Shown here piece after piece: positions 12,801-24,800 of a stretch of 64,000 bases of DNA. A model generated the notes under the pieces. It made no database searches. It had not been told where the DNA came from and worked only from the letters and a program-made list of their open reading frames with translations. Position numbers and translations under genes: made by a program. The number at the start of each line of letters is the position of its first letter. Position 1 is the stretch's first letter. Source of the DNA: Lingula anatina (taxonomy: Eukaryota > Animalia > Brachiopoda); NCBI GenBank assembly GCA_051362555.1, contig CM120645.1:16430001-16494000 (forward strand), written 5' to 3'.

Positions 12801-15800
12801 GTTCTGTACCTAGTAAATCCCAATGGATCAGAGGGTCAGTTTGCAGCAGGCTTCTTTTTGTGGCTTAGATCAAGAAGTACCCCTAAAGTATTTTGATCCA
12901 ACAGCTAGAGGAAGAACAGCCGCTAAAAATGCATGTCTGGTTGTCCGATAAAGCGAGATGTCTCTTTCTTTGTGTAAGGACACTTCATATTAGATGACAA
13001 TGTTTCGAGAGATTGGCTGAAGACTGACATGAGGGGGTAACTGTTGCCCATCGGGTTAGTTCTGTCCACATTTTGGTCTTCACAGAGGTCATCTATAGTA
13101 GGGTAGCGTTCCCCAGAGAAAGAGAAATTGAAGTCTCTAGATGTAAGTCTTAGCACCAGAAATGGTGTCACATGGTAGAGCCCATTATGGTCGGTGTTTT
13201 ATTTGACAACGTGACAATGCTCAACCTCATCGTGCTCTCAGAAAACAATTCTTCAAATACTAGGAAATTGAGAGAGCGCTGAAGTTAGTTGTTATATTGA
13301 GGAATGACGCCAGCAGTCTGGAGCTTTCGAACGTTTATTCACCGACTTACTTTTTCACAGAATCTACAAGTATTTATACATACCTAGGGATGTTATGTGA
13401 CCGTGGTGATATGATGATCACTGAAGCCTGTCCATTTAGACAAGCTTCAGTGAAGATCGAGGGCAACCTCGAGCCGCTACCCAAAAATATCTCGCTTCAC
13501 TCGACATTTCTGCGTAGCGTCTCTCGGAAAACTCGGATTTAACCTCGATGTAGTCTAGAATTTCACGACTACATCTTGGTTAAATCAGTCGAGGTCTCTT
13601 AAATGCTGGAAGTCAAAGAGAGATTGATCGTGAGACCTTCTTGGCATCAAGAGAATAGTGACGTTGCTAGTGTTATATATCTACCAGTAGACAAATGTAA
13701 AATCTCTCACTCTTAAAAAATAAACATTTCACGTTTAACAATTATTAATTATAATTTTATAACAATAATTCATATCATATGGATATGGTTTGAAAACGGG
13801 AATTAGTTTACATTTAAGCCACACGTGCGTACACATTTTTGTAAATCTATGACTTTTTAACGAGGGCTGTGTTATTTACCTTTTGTTTTTAAGCTGTTCA
13901 TTCTTCCTCTTTATCAGATATATCGGTAAAAATCAAATATTTTCCCCCTTTGAACTTGTATAACATGTAGCATGCTCCATGCTCTGAAACCAGCACATGT
14001 ATATTCCGAAACCGCCTCGTAGTAAAACATGTCACCAAAACGTAGAAATATTACTCCTGTGGCCTTGAAATAAACATCCTGTAGTGCCAGGGGCAGGTAG
14101 AACATTTTGACTATATTCCGTAACCGCCTCGTCGTCAGAAATAACAATAAAAACTATAATTATTACTCCCGTGAACTTGAAATAAACATCCGTTTGATTT
14201 TGACTATATTCGGTAACCGCCTCGTCGTCAGAAATAACAATAAAAACTAGAATTATTACTCCCGTGAAATGTAATACACATCCGTTTGATTTTGACTATA
14301 TTCCGAAACTGCCTCGTTGTCAGAAATATCACCAAGAAGTAAATTTCTTTCTCCTTTGCACTTGTGAAAAATTAGTTTGACTTTATTCCGGTCCGACGCT
14401 CCTTGTTTATAAGAAATGTCACTTAAAAGTAGAGGTTTTGTCGTGGGACCTTTTTCTGCAGCAGGTCCAGCTAGGTGTGGCTCAGCTGAGACGCGCATGG
14501 TCAGTGTCGACGATTGATTAAATACTTTTCACGCCAGTTGAACGTTCATGACAAGCATTTAGCAAAAATTGACCACATTGGTCAGTCATTACGTAAGAAT
14601 TTGGCGGGAGGTGACCAGAGCACGTGGACGAGTTTATTTCATATAACATCTCTAGAGCGTGATATAGGGTCACTTTATTCGGTTTTAGGGGTGTTTTAGG
14701 ATGAAATGACTGTATTTGTTCTCGGTATGTATGTCAAATAATACACTGTCACCCTCTCGCGATATATGCCATGAACACCTCTCGCTGACGCTCGAGGTGT
14801 TATGGCATATATCGCTCGGGTGACAGTGTATTATCTCACACATAAACTATTTTCCCAAAGAATTTCCCATTCTCATATTACATAACTCTATTCAATATTT
14901 CCTAATTTAGTAATTTAAATTATACTTGTTTATGATTTAGAATATTTAAAATATTTTCCTAATTACTCATCTTGGATCCTGTCCAACTCGAGTATGCATG
15001 AGTTTTACGTGCAAATCAATAGAAAAATTAACCAATCAGATCCAGCTATATCTAACTCTGAAACGTTCCACCCTTTCTTGTTTCGAGAAAAGTCTCTACA
15101 CTCGTTGACACTTGAAGACATTTACTTTGCACTCAAAAACTTCCTACACATTTAATTCTGTTTTAATTGTTTTGTAATTGTCGAAAGTGTATGTCATTTG
15201 CTTTACAACATACACCCCTTTTTCAAAAGAATTCGTCCTCGAATTCTAAAACTTTACAACATGCGCTCCTTTTTCCATTTTTTTGTAAAGCAAAAACTAA
15301 ATAATATCAAATTTGTAAATTAACAAAACTAATAATGCTATCGTGATGTAGTAAGAGATCCCCTACAAAAATCTATGCCGCATGCTTTAGTGCTCAATAG
15401 GACAGCGTGCCACTGAACGTATAGTAAGAGCAGAACAAAGTCCTTTCCTAGTAATTTTTAGAATAAGTCGTCGAAATCGAGTATACGTCATTCCCCGATC
15501 AACATTCATCAATAATTCATGATAACGTTTAACAGGAATATCTGAACGTCGCAGTAATAGTACAGTAACTAAAACTAACTTAGTAACACTCTATGCATAA
15601 TAGAAATCTTGAATAATACATTTACCAAAATCTAATGGTATTTGATGCAACATGTATACCATGTAATCTTCAGATATCATCAAATAATGAGCACAACTCC
15701 ATAAAGTCCAACTAGGTAATCAAACCGTCCACAAAAATACAAACAAAATTCATTCATGTGTCAAATCAGATGAAAACTTAATCTGAAAATTCGGTTCTCT

Positions 15801-18800
15801 TTGTTGTTTGTATAATTCATTTATATATATACAGAATGTTCACGGAAGTTCTTAAACGACAAGGTTACAGTTCTGTCATCAATGTAAATGTAATGCACAA
15901 GTTCGTCAGGTCCTGCAAAATCAAAAATAATGATAATATTCCTTAAACACCCCATTTCTACCATAAAGTCATTCAAATGTAATAAAAAAATTATTTTTTT
16001 CTATATAATTAACTTACGCATAAAATTATAAACACATTCAACATGAAAACAAAAATATAACCTGAAGGACGATAAATTAATACTTTTTTAGGAAAATGCA
16101 ATTGGATATAGTTTATATTGTCATGTACACATGTTAATATGCGCCCAAGAGCACAGACACTTTTTGTTTGTTTTCTCATGCGGATATTTAAATCTGTTGC
16201 TCACTTATTATGGGTCTGATACAGTTTCTATTTTATTGGTTTTCATTTTAAATATAGTATGAATTTGCTAGGTGAGACAATAGGGTTAGCTACTCCCTGT
16301 CCAATGAACAGCATTCACCACAACGATGCGACAAGCGCATCGTTCATGATGAAATGCATTTTCATCTTCATATTTGTCCACACTGTAGCTCTCCTCTGTG
16401 ATGTCTATAAGAGAAACACTTGTTCGTATCAAATCCAATCCACGAATTTTATGAAATCATTCTGACAAATAATTAAGTCGCAAAATGTGAGAATCTTCCC
16501 TAATGCATTTCATCAGTTTCATGTAATCATTATTTTAAAAATATTAAATACACTGTCCATATCACAAAAGATCATCTGGTCAAATATCGATAACTAATAA
16601 TAATGATCATGGTTAAAACACAATAAAATTAATATTATTATATATCATAGTACATAGTGATTTAAAAAAAACATAATATCTGTCAGGACTTAAGTGTCAT
16701 GTTAATTCCGTGCATCTCGCACACTCTCAGTAATAATAATTATAATACACAGATCAGTTCCTTAGATCATTAAAGGTACAATGAGAAAAACTCAATCATA
16801 CAGTCATTAAAATGTTGTAATAGTACACACACTTCTTATACCAAAAGTTGGCTCGCAAAGATTAATCCACTTAGTTAATTCTAGACACATGTAGAAAGTC
16901 AAGTCAAATTCAACTTGGATAAAAATTAATCTGCATAATTGTGATCAAATGGTTCAAACTGAATATAGAAAAGTGCATTTACATTGTTAATACGCAAAAA
17001 TGCATAATATTCGCTCTTGAGTAATTTTCTGGGTTTAAAAGCTGCAAAAAGTGACAATGGGATAACTCTTTCCAAAACAATGTTTTTGTTTATTATGGTG
17101 TTTATAATTATGAAACCATGCCAATGTTTAGAGTAGTCTGCAGGCACAGAGACTGAAATGAATTGTCAAAATGAGAACAATTATTACTTCACTTTTTAAA
17201 AAGAATGAATCTTTGGTTCTAAGTTCGGCTTATTAATTGATTTTGTTGCGAAATTTTATATTCACTACGGTATAGTAAGTACTATATCGTTTACGCATAC
17301 TTCTTTTAGTAAAGCCATTACTTGTGCCAATTACCTGACCTTGATACACAGATGAAATGTCATCACGAACAATAAGTTCTGTATCCCGAATAAAAGTTTG
17401 AGGTGAATCATCTGTAGGAAATATTTCGTCTGCTGGAATAGCATCTGCCATATAAGTATATGTATTATCTTAATTGTCTCTTTTTTATAATCTCAAATGA
17501 TCACTTATATCTTTGGCAAGAAAAATTGATGAAAAGAAATTGATGAAAATGCTGAAGAAGAGTCGATTCCGAATTTAAAGGTTCCCTAAATAAATAAATG
17601 TTGAAAATATGCATGGTAAACAGAAATAATGCAACAAACCAAATTTAATGGAATGTAGCTGTACGTGCTATCTTAGTGTTGTTATGACAACTTGCCACAT
17701 GGGTTGGGAGGTAAAAAAAAAACATCTAAGTTCAAAATGCAATAACAAATAAAAAATTTGAATGACACATTAATGACATCTACTTAAAGAGGTTGTTGTT
17801 CTATGGCATTTCAGGGGTAATGTCAGTTATGTTAACTTAAAGTAACTGACTTGTCAAAACATCTCGTCTGTATTTTGCCAGTTTATTATGTGCCTTCCAT
17901 TTTGATGTGGCGTTATATATTTCCTTGTGATAACTTGTATTACATCGTTTGGATGTAACCTTTACTCGTATCAAGAAGTGATAAAGAGAAGGAGTAGAAA
18001 CAAGGGGTTTCCTTTCATCCTATTCTCGTAACGGGCTTAATCCTCATAATTACCCAGCTTGTGGTCTTAGGGAGAGCTTGTGCCTAATACATATTCAAAA
18101 GACCGTCCACGTGGGTTGCTTCAGCCAATTGGGATAAAGTCTCGCGGAGTCTCTAATAATCTCACATAGAAAACATGGTGGGATTACAGAAAGGTGTAGA
18201 GATATATTTCCAGCCTGTACGCAACCATTTTGGGAAATAAACCTCAAATCATGTAAGATACACCTCCGTTTGATCTAGAGCCGATCAGTTACACAAAAAT
18301 TAGTTTCACATCAAGAATGTATGAGAACAATTTCACAAACCCACCTTCAACGCTAAAATTTGCACCTGTAGAAGCGTCATTATTATTTTTAATTCTTTTG
18401 TCGTATAAAGGAAATTTACCTTACAGCCGTGTGCACAAAACAGTAGTACTTGCAATTTCTGTATGCTAGTCTCGTTTCTTTCTTTTTTTGGCACATTATT
18501 GCTTATATACCAGGTAGAGAAAAGCTTGCACAGGAAAATTGGGGAAATGAAAATAAGTTATTGCACTTCGTATGATTCTAAATAAAATTTCATTAATACA
18601 TATTTTTGTTTATATCTTCGTCTATTACATGAGGCCAACTTTTAGTAAACTGATAGTTTAAATTCATTAGAATAAAAAATGAAAGAGATATTATTATCGA
18701 TTGATATTGCTTTATTTTAACATTTGAGCAAATTGTATAACATCTAAAACAAAGTACCATCTATGAAAATATGTCAATATTGTTACACCCAACAGTGATT

Positions 18801-21800
18801 AAAGCAATGCAAAAATACATGAATGTATGTGGCAAAAATGGTTAGTTTTTATTTTGATGTGGTGATTATTTTATTTTATACTTCTGACAGTTGGCCAATG
18901 AACACTAAATTCTCTTTTAAAACTTGGACCACTCTTCAATTTTAGCCAAAAATTTTACAAATTTACCTGCGGTCCAGTATCACTTCATATTTGCATCTGA
19001 ATTAATTTATCTTTAAAGGAGAATAGACCCATAAAAATCCATTTCTCGAATTTTGAATATTCAGCACTCAATCTATACACTACAGGTATGTTTTAATCGA
19101 TCCTCACCATTAAAAATTTATAAAAACAATCTATTATTAGAAAAAAGCGTTTTAGTAAACCTCACCTCAATATACATAAATGAAGCAACAGATCTGGGTC
19201 ACGTGGTACTGTGACGACAATGAGGATAAAGAACTATGAGACTTAACTGAGCTGCATGGTGCACACAGACAATAGTTTAAGAAATTTGTGTTAAACGGAG
19301 TTGAGCAATTTTCTTTATGCCTCAGTGTGTTGCCGTGGGATTCACCAAAATTGCAGCCCTCCTTGACAATCTTTCTTTGTCGGTGACGGTCTTCCGTGAC
19401 TTATTAACTTCGGTGACAATAGTTGCGAGCTTGCGATCTCGGTCACCTCATGTGTTTTAGATCATACCAAAAGCTGATAGTCTTTTAGATAAACTGTCAT
19501 CAGTTGGCAAGCTTACTAATTGCTGATGCATTTAAATGCATTGTAGTTGACCAAGAGCTCGTAAACAATAAAACCTGTTAATTATGCACTGCTGCAATTC
19601 CCAAGCCAGCTAGGTAATAACAGGTATCAAACTCGTCTTGGTGGGCTTTCATATTTTACAACATATCTCATTTATTTCATGGGGTTATTTTATTGATATT
19701 TTTAAGTGACGTTAAATATCAATATTTAAACAATTAAGATAAAACACGGTCGCGAACATTAATAACAGATATGGCTCTCAGGGTATCTTGAAGCATGCTT
19801 ATGCCCAGGCATTACTTCCTTGGAAGAAAACGTGTTGAGGAAAAACAGGAAAAAGAGCGTTATATTAAAGAAAAATGGGAACTCATGTAATGAAATGGTT
19901 CGTAATCCTAATACGTTTATTCTTTAAGGATTTGTTTTTGAAGGTTATTTCTTCTGAAATATTAAATAATTTAAAAGGTTTATCATTTTATAACTTGAAA
20001 CGCAAGTTCTGCGTCTGTACGCAAAACTTTTTGCAAATTTGTAAGCTTTGTCAAACCCAAAAACGTGTAGCAGATCAAGGTAAAAGAGCATTGTCTGCTA
20101 CTGGTAGTTTACTAAATGTGCAGTTTTACGTACGTTAGTATATTTCAAATTATGCATGGAGATTTAACCTGATAAGGGATATAAGAAAGCCACAAACGGA
20201 TTTTTTAAAAAGAATGTTGGGTGTAAAAAAAGAGCCTTACTGATAACTTAGTTCATTGTATATAACTTAGTATATTATGAAAAGCGGGAGATACCCAATT
20301 CTTTTAAGTATGAAGCTACTATTTTTTTAATATATTGATTTAAATCCCCTCTTCGAAAAATTTTATTATAAAACCGTGCTATAAAGATCTACTCAAGAAA
20401 AAAGTTTGCTTGGCTTAAATTGAGTACGGAATGAACTGGAGACCCTTGGCTTGTCATTAAGTTTTCACGAAAATTTGTCAGATAACTTTATACTGTCCTT
20501 GAAAGAGTAAAGATTGAAAGAAAATTTTAGACAAATAGGCAAACTTTGACGGGGGAAATATCCACAAAGAGTAAAGGGCTATTGCGCCAACATCTTGTTG
20601 AATTTTTTTATACTGCAATTCTATTTAAATAAGCTAAGAAACTAACTGCCACATTTAGACTTTCATCACATAACAGGGGCATAACCAGACCTGCAAAAGC
20701 TGTACGCACAGATTAAAAAAATTACAAGCACGTACAGCAAAATGTAGACTAACGCAAAACATGAAGGACAGCGTAATCACAGCAAATGTACCTCATATAG
20801 TAGCTTAATTTCCATTTATAATAAAATCATCATTTTTAAAAAAATACATATTTGAGTGATATTTGATATCTGTCTATATCCATGGACAGAGTGGAATCAA
20901 AGTAGACACCCAGGTTTTTCACGTATGGTAATGGGTTCACAACACTGATGCCTACTGTAATTCAAGTTGTAGATTCTATACGTCTTGGAATGTTTCTAGA
21001 ATATTCAGAAAATTTTTTGTGCCACCTTTGATAGTGTTTCTTTTCTTTTAACAATTCATTATGTTTATATCAGGCTCAAAGTGCACTGAAACAGGGCTGT
21101 GCAACACCCGAGTTCTCCAAATTTCTTGTTGGACTGAAGAATCTTTTTCCTAAGACCCTTAAATCAAATCAGGAGAGTAAATACAGGTAACGAAATGTAC
21201 ATATTAGGCTGTTTCCTTTATAATGGTCACCATAAAATATGTCATTCAGTGAACTGTTTATATAAGATGAGCATGTATGAACTCTGAAAATTTTATATTA
21301 TTACTTAATAATGATAACCTTTTAACCACAGAAAATATAATTTTCTTTTTTTCATACACAATTTAGATTTTTGGTCCACATTCTGCGAAGATCTGCGTTT
21401 CATCTAAAGTCAGCTTTAAACATCTTTGAAAGATCTGAGGAAGAGAGTAGTAAAAAAGCCACTGAAATCAAGCGACAGATTGGAAACATAAAGAACAATT
21501 ATGAACAGATTCGTGTTAACTTGCAAGGAGTTTTAAAAATAAAGGCTGAACAAGCGGAACGGCAAATCAAAGATTATCTGAAAAAGAATAACCAGCGTGT
21601 CCTTAAATGGAAAGACGGCGATTGTCCAAAGCCAACAGACCATTGGGATGACCTTTACACACAAGCTAGAACCCTAATCCTCGGGAGAATCCGTGAAATT
21701 CTTGAGGAATGGAACGCCAACACGGAGTTTTTCACAAATGCTCAGAAGGAGCTTATAGGAAAGTTTCGCGAAGAGTTCAACATCATGGAGAACCAAGTTG

Positions 21801-24800
21801 CTCTTTTGGAAGGTCAGTTAACCAGCAAAGATATGCTTGTAGTCGAAGATGCAAACCCCACAGGCTTAAGATCCGTGGAGGACACTTCTACTTTCACCAC
21901 CACTGCTAAAGTCATGATTGGCGTCACTTCTCCAGTATGGATTCCAATAGGCCTTGTAGCTGCTCTTTTCGTTGTACCTGTTGCCCTTGGGGTGGCACTC
22001 AAAGAGCGTCTCAACGAGAAGAAACAAATTAAAGAGTATACAAAACACAAAGCGGCAGTCATGGAAACTATTGCAGAAAAAGTGCTCGAACATTTTATGT
22101 CCGAAGAAAACCTGTCGAAAGAGGTGATGCGGTACTTGGACTCTGCGGTTGCCACACTGAAAGACCTACTCAGTGCTATTCCAAAACTCCTAGATGATGA
22201 CCAGAAGCTCATAGAAGGGTTGCTAAGTGAACGTCAGAGAGCAGACTCAGAGTTGCAACTGTATCACAAAAATCTCCAGCAGAACGATGCCTTAGAGGGA
22301 GGCCTAGGGATGTTGTACGTGACAAAAATCCGGGAAGACATCAACGCAAATACCGAAATATATTGGGACAAGCCTGCTTTTGCTTCTGGCACGTTTAGTG
22401 AAGTTTATACCGTGAAGCTTCTATCAAGAAACAACATGGAAGCAGCGGCAAAGGTGATGAAGCAATTTGCCACAGCAGAGAACGTGGGCGAGGCTATATT
22501 GGAGGAGGAAAGTTTAAGGTGAGATGAACTAAGATTTTGCAGACCTAAGATTTGATCATTTTATCAGTGGCGAAAAATGCTCTTTAATGAGGTTATTTGG
22601 TGTATTTTTAATATGTATGTCTTTTAATGCGGAAGGGAAAATAATTTTGCTACATTTGATACGTAGATTGGCATGATCAGTTTGCCTATTTTGTTGATAC
22701 AGGAGACTTAATAGAACCCCAAACATCATCAAGTTCATAGGAACCAGCGCCATCATAGAGCCAGATGGTAACAGGCGCCTTGTCATTCTAATGGAGTATT
22801 GCCCCACAACCCTTGCAAATCGTATGTTAAATGCCGATGCGACAAGTCCCAAAGGACGACAAGAGATCATAAACCCTGGTTTGAAGCAACCGTTAGATCC
22901 TGGGCTCGTGCATTCTGTCGCTTACTTTGGTAGAGAAATATGCATTGGATTAAAATACATGCATGCTAAAGGATACATTCACCGAGATCTAAAACCAGAA
23001 AACATACTGGTAAGTCTGGATTTTGATGGATGATTTATGTCTACTCTCTAAGATCTAGTGACTTAAATTTCATCTATTATAAATGAGTGGCATTTTATGA
23101 TGGTAGTATTGTACCACTAGCTTAGTCCCGACCAGTCTCGTCCGCCGTTTCCGCCGTATTCGCAGCCCTTTCACCACTTCTCCTCCTAGACTACAAAGGA
23201 CTGTGTACCCATTTACTGGATTTAGGTCACACATAATCTCATCTCCTCCCACGTAAATTTTGGGCTTTGTCAGTGCACTAGTGCAGGTGTGGTGCTCGTT
23301 GTAATGAGCCAGGCTTGTTATTAAATGTTAAATATCTCCCAATAAGAAGGAAGTGTGAGAAAATTCACTATAATAGTCTAACCAAAAATAATGTGGAGAG
23401 ATTCCAAATATATGTGTGCCCTTGGATTTGACCTCTGATATTTATTTCAAAGTCAAATGGGCTAAAATTTTCCAAAATGGAAATTTTTCTGCGAAAAAAA
23501 ATATTTGTTTGTGCCAATTTTCAGAAACCACCCAGACCTAAGCTCTCATATTACAGTGAAGGGTTACAGTTAGGGACATCTGGCATCTTCATCTTCGGGA
23601 GTTTGGGGTCAGTCATTTTCACGAGAGAAGTCGCCATTAGATGTTGAAACCGAAATTTCTCTCTTAATCTGGAATCGTTAATGCTAGAGGCCTCTTTTTT
23701 TGCATTTTGTAAAGCTTGTCAAGCGCATTATTGGAAGTGATGTCAGTTTTGTCATACGGTTTAAGCATTGTGCAATATCACAAAATACGACAAAATATTC
23801 AGTGGTGAAAATAAAATGTGAAATACACGTTCATGTATAGTTACTATTGAACTTGGATCGAAAGCCATGTACTGGTAATCTTTGTCCTTGAAATTGACCT
23901 TTGTCCTTGTTTTTATGATCAGCTGGACTGAATTTTCGACCGCAATAATTATGTATACACCAAACAGCCAGAGATACACTGGTAGGCACTATTGAACTTA
24001 AATAAGAACTCAAATTGACCATGAACCAAACTTAGCAAAAATTTTAGATCCTTCTGTATTTAAAATTGGTAGAGATACGCCCATACCTACTATTGAAATT
24101 GATTGGGAGGTCATATTATACGCGATATTCCTGTGACTTTGAATTTCACCTTTGACCTACTTTGCATCGTGAACTGCACTTTGCAAAATTAGAGATGTGC
24201 ACATTATTTCTACTGAACTTGGATAAAAATTAATATATTGGAAATCTGGAATTCTTTCAGTGCCTTTGAATTTGTACTTTGACCTACTTTTAACCAAAAA
24301 CCGCAACTTTAAAGATGCATACAAAGTCAATTTTTTGTCACAAAAACCAACCAAATGCCAGCATATAGTTTCAAGTAGTATAACTAAGAGAATTACCAAA
24401 ATACGAGGGTTGATTGATAAGTAGTGAGCCTCGTGTGGAAGGGGTTAAGCAGGGATATCCCTTTTCAGCCCTTCTATTCCCTGACTATTTAAAGGTGTGT
24501 AGCCGAAGTTTGGTGTCATTTGGTTAGTTTACGTCGACGAGGTAGCACTCTCAAATAAGCAAGGCAAGTGACTTTTGCAAAATGCCCCTGCTCACAAGTC
24601 TGTCATTGCCATGGCTGCAATCAACGAGTGTGGCTTTGAACTGATAGAACATCCACCTTATTCGCCTGATCTTGCTGCCTCTGACTATTATCTATATCCC
24701 AAATTGAAAAAAGGCTATTTCAGGAACTCACTTTGTGTCAGAAGATGACGTCATACGTGAAGTGGAGGGGTTTCTGAACGGCCAAGAGAAGGGCTTCTAT

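Noticed and set aside
14000-14340. Repeated motifs resembling a CRISPR array (also 46121-46558)
   Set aside because: Whole units repeat with no unique spacers, there are no cas genes, and the context is a eukaryotic intron or intergenic region.
15626-15782. In-frame TGA codons read as selenocysteine
   Set aside because: No SECIS element identified, and neighbouring segments also have frameshifts and other stops, indicating decay.
21709-22870. ORFs overlapping gene A exons in other frames or antisense (21709, 21814, 21866, 22556), and similar ones over gene B and the RTE
   Set aside because: Shadow ORFs of real coding sequence with no recognisable motifs.
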